From: an uncultured Gemmatimonadaceae bacterium
GTDB lineage: Bacteria; Gemmatimonadota; Gemmatimonadetes; Gemmatimonadales; Gemmatimonadaceae
NCBI GenBank assembly: GCA_963781585.1
Contig: CAWAGQ010000004.1
Coordinates: 1,024,001 to 1,088,000, forward strand
Reading direction: 5' to 3'
DNA: 64,000 bases
Part shown: positions 9,677-18,938 of the stretch, in pieces
How positions within the stretch are numbered: the first letter of the stretch is position 1
Layout: every line of letters starts with the position of its first letter
The notes under the pieces: generated by a model
What the model was told of the DNA's origin: nothing
Database searches by the model: none
What the model saw: the letters and a program-made list of their open reading frames with translations, nothing else
Translations under genes and position numbers: made by a program

Positions 9677-10945
9677 GTGGTATCGGCCAAGACGATTTCC
9701 GAGAAGATCCTTTCGATCAAGTCTGGCTCCGACGCGCGGGCTGGCGACGTGGTGGTCTGTGTGACCGATCAGGTCATCGGCACCGACGCCTCCGCACCGA
9801 TGGCGATCGACTACTTCGAGCAGATGGATGGTGACCGCCTGTTCGACGCCTCGCGGGTGATGTTCGCGCTCGACCATTACGCACCGCCGACGTCGCCGGT
9901 CACCGCGTCGTACCATGCCCGGGTCCGGGAATTTGCCGCCCGGTTCGGTGCCGAGGTGCGTGAGGTGGGCGAGGGCATCAGTCATCAGGTCGCCGCCGAA
10001 AGCGGGCGGGCGCTCCCGGGCAACCTGATCGTGGGTGCCGACAGCCACACGGTGGGATGTGGGGCGCTCAACCTCTTCGCAACAGGTGTCGGCTCCTCCG
10101 ATCTGGCGGCCGCCATGCTCACCGGGCAGATCTGGTTGCGGGTGCCGGACTCGGTCCGGGTCGTGCTGTCAGGACGGCGTGGGCCCGGCGTGGCCGCCAA
10201 GGACGTGGGCCTCGCGCTCATTGCCGCACTCGGCGCCGACGGTGCCAACTACCGGGCGCTGGAATTCCATGGCGAGGCGTTAGGCGGCTTCACGCTCGAA
10301 GAACGGGTCGTGCTGTGCAATCTCGCGGTGGAGACCGGCGCCAAGGCGGCCATCTGCCCCGTGGATCAGGAGACGCACGAGTACCTCGCCGGCCGGACGA
10401 CCGATCTCGGCCGCCCGGTGCACGCCGACGCCGGCGCCCGGTATGTCCGCGAAGTCACCCTCGACGTGTCGAACGTGGCACCGCAGCTGGCGGTCCCACA
10501 TGCACCGGACCGGGTGGTACCGCTGGACGCAGCCGCTGGAACGCCGGTGCACATGGTGTTCATCGGGACCTGTACCGGCGGCCGCGTGGCCGACATTCAC
10601 GATGCGCTGCGGGTGCTCGAGCGCGGTGGCGGACGCCTCGCGCCCAACGTCCAGCTCGTCGTAACGCCGGCCTCGCGCGAAGTCTTCCTCCGCCTCATCG
10701 AGGATGGCTCGCTCGGCCGACTCGCGGCGCTTGGCGCGGTCATTACCACGCCCGGCTGCGGCGCCTGCTGCGGCACCAGCGGCGTGGTCCCGGCCGATGA
10801 CATGGTCGTGCTGTCGACCGCCAATCGCAATTTCCGGGGTCGGATGGGGAATTCCTCGGCCGCCATCTATCTCGCGTCCCCGGCCGCGTGCGCCGCTGCC
10901 GCCGTCACGGGGCGGATCACCGATCCGCGTACCGTACACGTCTGA
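9677..10945 (+). CDS. Aconitase family hydratase large subunit (LeuC/HacA/DmdA-like)
   Basis: KTISEKIL, DH, GISHQ, GADSHT, IGTCTGG, PGCGACCG, STANRNF.GRMG, YLASP. Confidence 0.9.
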   Translation: MVSAKTISEKILSIKSGSDARAGDVVVCVTDQVIGTDASAPMAIDYFEQMDGDRLFDASRVMFALDHYAPPTSPVTASYHARVREFAARFGAEVREVGEGISHQVAAESGRALPGNLIVGADSHTVGCGALNLFATGVGSSDLAAAMLTGQIWLRVPDSVRVVLSGRRGPGVAAKDVGLALIAALGADGANYRALEFHGEALGGFTLEERVVLCNLAVETGAKAAICPVDQETHEYLAGRTTDLGRPVHADAGARYVREVTLDVSNVAPQLAVPHAPDRVVPLDAAAGTPVHMVFIGTCTGGRVADIHDALRVLERGGGRLAPNVQLVVTPASREVFLRLIEDGSLGRLAALGAVITTPGCGACCGTSGVVPADDMVVLSTANRNFRGRMGNSSAAIYLASPAACAAAAVTGRITDPRTVHV

Positions 10946-10946
10946 G

Positions 10947-11498
10947 ATGGCCACGCATCTGCGGGCGCGCGCTCGCGTGTTGGGCGACAACGTCAACAGT
11001 GATTACATCATCGCGTCCACGCGGAAGCGCGATTCCCTCGATACGGAGGTCCTCAAGCAGTACCTGCTCGAAGCGGTGGACCCTTCCTTCGCGCAGTCCG
11101 TTCGCGCGGGCGACGTCCTGGTCGCCGGCGAAAACTTCGGCTGCGGTTCGGCAATGGAGGTCGCCGCGACCGTCATTCTGGCTGCGGGAATTCGCGTGGT
11201 CCTGGCACGAAGCTTTGCTCGCGCCTTCTTCCGCAACGCCGTCAATAACGGGCTGGTGCCACTCGAGTGCGACACCGCCGGCATCGCCGAAGGCGACCGC
11301 CTGACGATTGATCTGATGGGCGGAGATGCGCGGGTCACCAATCTCACACGCAACCTGGCGATCGAGGCGGCCAGTCTTCCCGCCATTGCACTTCGGATCC
11401 TCGATGCCGGCGGGCTGGTGGCGTTCCTGCGTGCGCAACCGGGACACTCGTTCACCGCATCCACCACCGGCGAGCATCCGCGGCGGACGCCGGACTGA
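10947..11498 (+). CDS. Aconitase family hydratase small subunit (LeuD/HacB-like)
   Basis: GDNVNSDYII, AGENFGCGS, SFARAFFRNAVNNG, ILDAGGL. Confidence 0.9.
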   Translation: MATHLRARARVLGDNVNSDYIIASTRKRDSLDTEVLKQYLLEAVDPSFAQSVRAGDVLVAGENFGCGSAMEVAATVILAAGIRVVLARSFARAFFRNAVNNGLVPLECDTAGIAEGDRLTIDLMGGDARVTNLTRNLAIEAASLPAIALRILDAGGLVAFLRAQPGHSFTASTTGEHPRRTPD

Positions 11499-11649
11499 TC
11501 CTGCGATTCGCGCCAGGGCCAGGTCGCCGTTTCAAGGGCAGCGCCGGACTCGTGGCAGGAATTCGGCGAGCGCCTCTCTCCCAGCGATGGCCTCCCGGAC
11601 GTGCCGCCAACCGGTGCCCGCACCAGGCGCTGACCCACGCCGGCGAACT

Positions 11650-13104
11650 CTACGCCGAGCGATGCCCTTCCTGTCCGGACGCGGCCTTCATGTCGTAGAG
11701 CATCAGATCTGCGGTGGACAGGAGCGCCTCGGCGGTCGCCCCGTCGCGAGGGTAGACGGCGTAGCCAGCGCTCACGGTCACGCGGGGAGACTGGCCATCG
11801 CTCTCCAGGGCGGCCGCGATTCGGGCTGTCACGTGGTACGCGGCATTATCATCAGCCTCCGGCAGCACCAGCGCGAACTCATCGCCCCCGTAGCGCGCCG
11901 CGGTGTCGATCGTGCGACACGTTGTCCGCATCGCATCGGCTACCCGGCACAGCGCCTTGCTGCCTGTCAGATGGCCGTGACGATCGTTGATGTCCTTGAG
12001 GCGATCCAGATCGAGGAGCAGGACCGCGAAGGACCGCTTCGTTCGCGCCGACCGCTGAATCTCCTGCTCCAGCACGTCCAGCAGCTGGCGATAGTTCGAC
12101 AGCCCGGTGAGCGCGTCGGTTACCGCCAGTCGTCGCAATTGCCCTTCCACGCTCTCCCGCTCGGCGACCACGCTGGCGAGCACCAGGCTGGTCAGCGCAT
12201 TCACGCCGGTAAAGACCTGAAGCAGCACCAGACTCTCGTTGAGCGTGCCGGTGACGAACGGGCCGCGACCGTGCACCGTCCCCCAGGTGGCGATCCCGGA
12301 GACGACCAGCACCGCGGTGGCAGCCTCGCGGCGTCCGAACCGATATGCCGCCCAAAGCAGCAGGGGCATGCACAGGAATTCGAGGGGGAAACTCGAACCC
12401 TGGTCGCCAGGGAGTCCGCCAAACACAAAGAGCGCGACCGCGGCAAGGGAGACCAGCAGGGCGAGCGCCTCGAGCCACTGGTATACGGTCCACTGCACTC
12501 GAGGACGGGCGAGCCACAGGAGCAGAAGCGGCGCGATGACGATGTCTCCGCCTGCGTCACCCAGCCACCAGGTGGTCCAGATGGACCAGAATTCGTGCCA
12601 TTGTGCAAGTCCGCCGAGGGCGAGCGTCGTCACGCCCACGGTGGCGCTCACCATCGTGCTCGCTATCGCCGCGTAGAACACGAGCCTGACGATGTACGAC
12701 GCCCGTTCAACCGCGTGTCGCCCACCCGCGAATCGCTGGAGGAGCGCCGCACCAACCAGGGCCTCGAGCGTGTTTCCGGTCGCGATTCCAAGCGACGTCG
12801 CCACGCCTCCGGCAGTCAGCAGGCTGGCGATGAATGCGCCCAGAAACACGCCCGGCCAGGGACGCGGACCGAAATAGAGCAGGGCCGCGAGCGCGATGCC
12901 GGAGGCTGGCCAGACCGCGGTCGCACTGGCATTGACCACGGCAAACTGCAGGCCGAAGCGTGCCGCGACGAAATACACGAGCGCCAGCGCCATGCAGGCC
13001 GCCAGAAGTTGGTGCGCACGCCACAGCCGGGGGCCGGCGGGGGGCGCGTTCGTGTCACCAAGCGTGCTATTCTCGCCTGCGGGAGCGGCCAAGGATGTCG
13101 CCAT
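11650..13104 (-). CDS. MASE1-domain diguanylate cyclase
   Basis: MASE1 TM region (VWPASG, WWLGDAGG); DALTGL.N, D.D.LK.IND..GH, RYGGDEF. Confidence 0.9.
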   Translation of the reverse strand: MATSLAAPAGENSTLGDTNAPPAGPRLWRAHQLLAACMALALVYFVAARFGLQFAVVNASATAVWPASGIALAALLYFGPRPWPGVFLGAFIASLLTAGGVATSLGIATGNTLEALVGAALLQRFAGGRHAVERASYIVRLVFYAAIASTMVSATVGVTTLALGGLAQWHEFWSIWTTWWLGDAGGDIVIAPLLLLWLARPRVQWTVYQWLEALALLVSLAAVALFVFGGLPGDQGSSFPLEFLCMPLLLWAAYRFGRREAATAVLVVSGIATWGTVHGRGPFVTGTLNESLVLLQVFTGVNALTSLVLASVVAERESVEGQLRRLAVTDALTGLSNYRQLLDVLEQEIQRSARTKRSFAVLLLDLDRLKDINDRHGHLTGSKALCRVADAMRTTCRTIDTAARYGGDEFALVLPEADDNAAYHVTARIAAALESDGQSPRVTVSAGYAVYPRDGATAEALLSTADLMLYDMKAASGQEGHRSA

Positions 13105-13428
13105 GCGTGATTAGAATGCTCGATCGACCGATTGGGTCGGGGCCGTGACCGGCACCACAAGACTCCCGGTCACTGGATCCGATTCGACCATTGACCAAAC
13201 AAAGTCGGGGGCAGTTCCTGCCTCACTATCCCCTCGAAAACGGGCCGTGCCCGTCGTACCGATTCGTCACGAAGAATAATGCGACGGTCGTCGCGAGACC
13301 GCAGTCAGGCGTTCCGGGCATCGCTGCCGCACTGTGCCCATCGGCGCATGTCGGCGAGCTGGCGATCGATGTCCTCCGGCATGCCAGGATGCACGGCGAT
13401 CGCGGCCCCCCGCACCCGGGCGGTGCAG

Positions 13429-15195
13429 TTATCGGGGCGCCGTGTCGTCCCGCGCCGGCCGCTCCGGCGCCAGGCGTTCCGGAGTCAGCGCCTCAGGAAG
13501 CTCCTCCGGCGCAATCACACCCCGCCCAACCAGCTCCAATGCGCGATTCCGCATCGGGACCAGCCCCGCCGCCAGCGCCGCATCGCGCAACTCGTTGAGG
13601 GCAAGCCGGCGCGCGATGGCGCGACGCACCGCCGAGGTCGCGTCGAGGTACTCGACCAGCGCGATCCGGCCGTGACTCCCGACCCCGCCGCATCGGCTGC
13701 ACCCGGTTCCGCGGAATGCGGTGAACCCGGGCGGCACACCGTCCGGGAAGATCTCGCCTAACAAGTCTGCGTCCGCAGTGTGCGGCGCCCGACAGCCGTC
13801 GCAGATTCGCTTGGCCAGCCGCTGCGCGAACACGGCAGCCAACTCGCTCGCGATCGAATTGGGATGCATGCCCAAGTCCAGCAGGCGCTGCACGGCGTCG
13901 ATCGCGTCATTGCCGTGGAGCGTAGAGAGGACCAGGTGTCCGGTCTGCGACGCCCGCAGCGCCTCGAGTGCCGTTTCCCCGTCCCGGATCTCGCCCACCA
14001 GAATGACGTCAGGATCCTCCCGCACGAAGGCGCGCATGGCGTTGGCGAACGTGAACCCGACTTCGGGCAGCACCTGCGATTGCTGTACGCCGTCGATCGC
14101 ATACTCGATCGGATCCTCGACCGTGATCACCTTGCGTGTGGTCTCCCCTGCCAGCACCTGCAGGCCCGCATAGAGCGTTGTCGATTTGCCCGATCCGGTC
14201 GGACCCACCACCAGCACCAGTCCTCCCGGGCTGTCGAGCAGACGCCGGTACGCGCGTGCCAGATCCTCCGGGAAACCGAGGTCCGGGATGGAAAGGAGGT
14301 TCGTATCCTGCGCCAGCAGGCGCAGCACCAGGTGCTCTCCGTGCAGCGACGGCTGGGTCTGCGCGCGCACGTCGAACTGCCGATCTCCCATGCGGACGCT
14401 GAAGCGGCCTCCCTGAGGCGCGCGGTGCTCGGCGAGATCCATCCTGGCGCGCACCTTCGCGACGCTGACGACCGAGACCGCCTGCGCAACGGTGAGCCGG
14501 TAGTGCGCCAGGTCGCGAAGATCGCCGTCGACGCGGATGCGTACCCGAACCTGCTCGCCGTAGACTTCAAGGTGTACGTCGCTGGCGCGCTCGGCGATGG
14601 CATCGAGCAGAATGGCCTGGAACAGCTCCTGAATTGGTGCCGAGAGGTGATGGTCTGCCGCGAGGAGGTTCGGCGTGGAGACCGACGCGGCCTGATCCCC
14701 GCGGGAATCGACCGGCATGGCGAGGTCGAGCGAGAGCCGGAGGCGACGATAGTCGGTGGGCGTGATGAGGACGATCTCGATCTCGCGCAGGCCGACCGCC
14801 GACGCCAGTTCGGGAGGGAACGCTTCCGGCTCCGACGATGCGACGATCAGGCGCCCGGCCGCGATAGCCAACGGCACCAGATGGTGGTATTCCCGAAACT
14901 GGCGGGAGATGCGTGCGACGACCTCACGATCGACGATCGGCAGCAGGTCGGCGACATCGGCAAAGCGCAGCTCGTGCAGGATCGCGAGCTGCTGATACAC
15001 GTCGCGCTCCTCGGCCATCCCCTGTTCCGTGAGGATCTCACCGATGCGGCGGCGCACACGCCGAGCGAGCGCGGCCGCCTGCTCGACGTCCTCACGCGAC
15101 GCAATGCCCGCCTCGACAATCAGGTCGCCCAGACGCCTGTCGAGCCGCTTCTGCCTCAGCGCGATCGTCTTCTCAGGCGCCTGGTCGGCGGACAT
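13429..15195 (-). CDS. GspE/PilB family secretion/pilus ATPase with N-terminal MshEN-like domain
   Basis: ASDVH.E, R.RVDG, GPTGSGKSTT, TVEDPIE, REDPDVILVGEIRD, TGHLVLSTLH, CxxC..CxxC. Confidence 0.9.
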   Translation of the reverse strand: MSADQAPEKTIALRQKRLDRRLGDLIVEAGIASREDVEQAAALARRVRRRIGEILTEQGMAEERDVYQQLAILHELRFADVADLLPIVDREVVARISRQFREYHHLVPLAIAAGRLIVASSEPEAFPPELASAVGLREIEIVLITPTDYRRLRLSLDLAMPVDSRGDQAASVSTPNLLAADHHLSAPIQELFQAILLDAIAERASDVHLEVYGEQVRVRIRVDGDLRDLAHYRLTVAQAVSVVSVAKVRARMDLAEHRAPQGGRFSVRMGDRQFDVRAQTQPSLHGEHLVLRLLAQDTNLLSIPDLGFPEDLARAYRRLLDSPGGLVLVVGPTGSGKSTTLYAGLQVLAGETTRKVITVEDPIEYAIDGVQQSQVLPEVGFTFANAMRAFVREDPDVILVGEIRDGETALEALRASQTGHLVLSTLHGNDAIDAVQRLLDLGMHPNSIASELAAVFAQRLAKRICDGCRAPHTADADLLGEIFPDGVPPGFTAFRGTGCSRCGGVGSHGRIALVEYLDATSAVRRAIARRLALNELRDAALAAGLVPMRNRALELVGRGVIAPEELPEALTPERLAPERPARDDTAPR

Positions 15196-15204
15196 GACGC
15201 TGCG

Positions 15205-18200
15205 TTACCCTCCGGCGGCAGGCGAATGGTCGGACACAGCGTTCGTCCGCTGCGGAGGCGGCTCGTCGGTCGTCGGGACGATCTCGGGAAGTCCGGCCGC
15301 CTTGAGCATGGCGTTCAGGCGACCGAGGAACGCATCCACGTTCTTCTTGTATCGGGCGAGCTCCCGGTCGAGTTTCGGCGACAACGTGTTGAAGACCTCG
15401 TATGCCTGCGGGGGCGGCCGCCGTTCGCCGTTACTCACGAAACCCATCAGTGCCGCAAGCTGGTTGTTCACGCGTACCGGGAAGTTGAGTGGATCCTCAC
15501 CGCTCTTGTTCTTCGTCTGGTAGATGGAGTCTTCGACCGCGCTCAGACTGTCGGCAAACGTCGTGGCGAGCGGCGCGAACGCCGCGACCGCCGCCATCTT
15601 CGGTGTGCGGTCATCGAGCTGCCGTTTGACGCTGCGAATTCGCTTGACGGCGTCGTTGGCCTCGGTGACCCGGTCGCGTAGCTGCAGCGCGAACCGCGTC
15701 TGCTCGGCGAGATCGGCGTCGGTGGCGCTCGCTCGCGGGTCGCGGCGAACCACGAGCGGTGCCGACAGCGGCGCGGCGTCGCCGACCGTGAGCCGCACGG
15801 TGTAGGTCCCCGGCGCGATCGCCGGGCCGGTGACTCCGCCCGCCCAGAAGATCATCCCCTGAAAGCTCGATGCGTCGGGGTAGCGCATGTTCCATTGATA
15901 CTGATTGACGCCGAGCCGCGTGGTGACCCGCGCCGCACCGGCGCCACCAAATCGCCCGCCGCCTCCGCGCCCGCCGACGCCCTGCGGCACCGAATCCGTG
16001 GACGAGTATTTCCGGACGAGCTTGCCTGTCGGATCGAGGAATTCAACAGTCACCGGCTGTGAGTCCTGCGCGAGGCGATACATCACGGTGGCGCTCGCGT
16101 TGCCGGCGCGGGTGACCGGCGCCGGCTTGTAGAGGAAGTTCTTCCCCTGCGCAGCCGCCACTTCCGGTGCCTGACGCAGCTCGGTCAGGTTCTCCATCAC
16201 CCAGAACGCCCGCCCGTGCGTGGCGATCACCATGTCGTCATCGCGCAGAGCGATGTCGTGTACCGGGACGGGCGGGAGGTTGCGCTGCAGGCTCTGCCAG
16301 TTGCGGCCGTCGTTGTACGACACCCACACGCCGCGTTCGGTGGCCGCGTACAGCAGACCTGGACGGACCAGGTCCTCGCGTACGGCGCGCGTGAACTCGG
16401 TCGGCGTGATCCCGTCAGTGATTTTCGTCCAGGTTGCTCCGTAGTCATGCGTCTTGTACAGGTACGGCGCGAAGTCGTCCAACTGGTATCGATTCGCCGC
16501 CACGTACGCCGTAGCCGGGTCATGCGGCGACGGGTCGATGATCGAGATGCGCGTCCACTCGGGCAGCCCTTTCGGTGTGACGTTCTTCCAGCTCTTGCCG
16601 CCGTCCCGGGTCAGGTAGATGAGCCCATCGTCCGAGCCTGTCCAGATCAACCCGGGCGTGACCGGTGACTCCTGGACGGCGAAGATCGTGGCGTAGTACT
16701 CGATAGACGTCTGATCCTTCGTGATGGGCCCACCCGACGGACCGAGCGTCGCGGGATCGTGCCGCGTGAGATCCGGCGAAATCACCGACCAGGTCTTCCC
16801 GTCGTTCGACGACTTGAAGAGCACGTTGGATCCCACGTACAGGACGTGCGGATCGCGCGGCGAGTTCATGATCGGGTACGTCCACTGGAAGCGGTACTTC
16901 GAATCCTTCGCGTCGTGGCCCATCGGGTTGAGCGGCCAGGGGTCCAGCCGCTCGCTCAGCCCGGTCCGGCGATTCTGCATCTCGAGCACGCCGCTGTAGT
17001 TGCCGCCGTAGGTGATTTCGGGATCGAGCGGATCGGAGGCGATGTAGCCCGACTCGCCGCCCGCAACACCGTAGAAGTCGGAATACTGCGGTCCGGACGT
17101 CGTGCCACCGCGCCCGCCGCGGCCTCCCCCGCCACCACCCCGTCCGAATCCGCCGGCCGCTCGCACCGGGCCGCACGACGATCCGGCATCCTGCTTGGCC
17201 CCGCACACGTGATATGGAACGTGATTCGTGAGGTGTACGTGGTAGAATTGCCCGGTCGGCGCCGCCACCCGGATCGACGATGAGCCGCCGTCGGTGGTGA
17301 TGATCGCCCCGTTGTCGTGCGCCACGGCGATCCGCTTCGGGTCGTCGGGCGCGATCCACACGTCATGATTGTCGCCGCCGCCGAACCCGCGCGCGAAGGT
17401 CTTGCCGCCATCCTTCGACCACATCGGTCCCACGTTAGGCGCTGCAAGGACGTTCGTGTCCTTCGGGTCGGCGTAGATGTTCGAGTAGTACCAGGCCCGC
17501 TGGCGCAGATCGCGGTCGCCATTCATGAAGGTCCAGGTCGCCCCGCCGTCGGCCGATCGGTAGATGCCGCCGTTCGGCTCATGCTCGATCAGCGCCCACA
17601 CCAGGTTCGACTTCACCGGCGACACCGCGACGCCGATGCGTCCCAGAACTCCCGACGGGAGCCCGGGGTTGTGCGTGATCTCCGTCCAGTGTTCCCCACC
17701 ATCGGTGGTCTTGAAGATGCCGCTCCCGGCCCCGCCGCTGATGAGCAACCACGGTTTCCGCCCGGCCTGCCAGAACGCGGCGTACAGCACCTCCGGATTC
17801 GTCGGATCCATGACCAGATCGCTGATGCCGGTGGAGTCGTTCCGGAACAGCACCTTGCGCCAGGTTCTGCCACCGTCGGTGGTCTTGAAAACGCCGCGCT
17901 CCGGATTCGGTCCCCACACATGTCCGAGCGCACCGACGTACACAATGTCCGGATTGGTGGGGTGGACACGGACCCTCGCAATCTGTTGCGTCTCTCGGAG
18001 ACCCAGGTAGCTCCAGGTCTTTCCACCGTCCGTGGTCTTCCAGACACCCTCGCCATGGGACACGTTTCCGCGGATCGGCGATTCGCCGCCCCCCACGTAC
18101 ACGATGTCGGGATTGCTCTCGCTCACAGCGATCGCCCCGATGGTCCCGCCGAAGTACTTGTCGGTAACTGGTGTGAGGGTCGTGCCACCATCCGTTGTCT

Positions 18201-18471
18201 TCCACACGCCGCCACCGGTTGTGCCGAAGTAGTACTCCCTGGGTCTCGCCGACGAACCCGCTACCGCAGCCATCCGGCCCGCGCTGTTCGGGCCGATGCT
18301 TCGCCACTGCAGGCTGCCCCACAGCGCGGTGTCGACGGGGACCGCGACCTGCGTCGCGGCGGATATCTGCCGGCCGACGGACGATCCGGTGGGTCGCTGC
18401 TGTGCCACAAGGGCACCGGGCACAGCGCAGGCGACGGCCAGTGCTCGCGAGAGGAGGGTCGGTCGATTCAC
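15205..18471 (-). CDS. VPS10/sortilin-like BNR-repeat protein (putative exported glycosyl hydrolase), second paralog
   Basis: Signal peptide; WRSIGP..AGR; Asp-box repeats; VIATHGRAFW; helical C-terminal domain. Confidence 0.85.
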   Translation of the reverse strand: MNRPTLLSRALAVACAVPGALVAQQRPTGSSVGRQISAATQVAVPVDTALWGSLQWRSIGPNSAGRMAAVAGSSARPREYYFGTTGGGVWKTTDGGTTLTPVTDKYFGGTIGAIAVSESNPDIVYVGGGESPIRGNVSHGEGVWKTTDGGKTWSYLGLRETQQIARVRVHPTNPDIVYVGALGHVWGPNPERGVFKTTDGGRTWRKVLFRNDSTGISDLVMDPTNPEVLYAAFWQAGRKPWLLISGGAGSGIFKTTDGGEHWTEITHNPGLPSGVLGRIGVAVSPVKSNLVWALIEHEPNGGIYRSADGGATWTFMNGDRDLRQRAWYYSNIYADPKDTNVLAAPNVGPMWSKDGGKTFARGFGGGDNHDVWIAPDDPKRIAVAHDNGAIITTDGGSSSIRVAAPTGQFYHVHLTNHVPYHVCGAKQDAGSSCGPVRAAGGFGRGGGGGGRGGRGGTTSGPQYSDFYGVAGGESGYIASDPLDPEITYGGNYSGVLEMQNRRTGLSERLDPWPLNPMGHDAKDSKYRFQWTYPIMNSPRDPHVLYVGSNVLFKSSNDGKTWSVISPDLTRHDPATLGPSGGPITKDQTSIEYYATIFAVQESPVTPGLIWTGSDDGLIYLTRDGGKSWKNVTPKGLPEWTRISIIDPSPHDPATAYVAANRYQLDDFAPYLYKTHDYGATWTKITDGITPTEFTRAVREDLVRPGLLYAATERGVWVSYNDGRNWQSLQRNLPPVPVHDIALRDDDMVIATHGRAFWVMENLTELRQAPEVAAAQGKNFLYKPAPVTRAGNASATVMYRLAQDSQPVTVEFLDPTGKLVRKYSSTDSVPQGVGGRGGGGRFGGAGAARVTTRLGVNQYQWNMRYPDASSFQGMIFWAGGVTGPAIAPGTYTVRLTVGDAAPLSAPLVVRRDPRASATDADLAEQTRFALQLRDRVTEANDAVKRIRSVKRQLDDRTPKMAAVAAFAPLATTFADSLSAVEDSIYQTKNKSGEDPLNFPVRVNNQLAALMGFVSNGERRPPPQAYEVFNTLSPKLDRELARYKKNVDAFLGRLNAMLKAAGLPEIVPTTDEPPPQRTNAVSDHSPAAGG

Positions 18472-18640
18472 TTGGACGATTCCGGGACAGGAGGGGGGCG
18501 CGTTTGCAGAGGTTGGGCGTTCGGCTCGTGGTCAAGGCGCGCCGTCATCCTACGCTACGCGCGCGACCCGCGTTGTGCCACCGGGGATGCCGGCTCCCGC
18601 GGTCGCTCGCGGCAGCTCTCTGCCGTCGGCTACAGCGGGG

Positions 18641-18922
18641 CTATCCGCCGCTCACGGCGGCGATGATCTCGATGGTGTCGCCGTCGCGCACACCCGTCTC
18701 CAGTCCCTCGGCAAATCGGACGCTCTCCTGTCCCACGAACACGTTCACGTGCTCACGAATGGCGCCCTGCTCGGTGAGCACGCGGTCCACGGCGGCCGGA
18801 TACCGGTCCTTCAGCGCGATGAGCGCATGTCGGACGGTAGAACATTGCTCCTCCAGAACCACGATGCGGCTGCCGCTGGCGTACGGCTCCAGTGCACTAG
18901 GCAAGGCGATGGTCACAGACAT
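18641..18922 (-). CDS. ThiS/MoaD family ubiquitin-like protein
   Basis: 93 aa beta-grasp; HVNVFVG..VR...GL.T.V.DGD.I.I..AVSGG with C-terminal di-Gly. Confidence 0.9.
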   Translation of the reverse strand: MSVTIALPSALEPYASGSRIVVLEEQCSTVRHALIALKDRYPAAVDRVLTEQGAIREHVNVFVGQESVRFAEGLETGVRDGDTIEIIAAVSGG

Positions 18923-18938
18923 GATGGCCGGAGCAGTC

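Noticed and set aside
9677..11498. Calling these leuC/leuD of leucine biosynthesis
   Set aside because: No leuA/leuB, catabolic-looking context and divergent small-subunit loop; symbols withheld
13105..13428. c-di-GMP riboswitch upstream of the diguanylate cyclase
   Set aside because: Could not find the class I or class II consensus elements by eye
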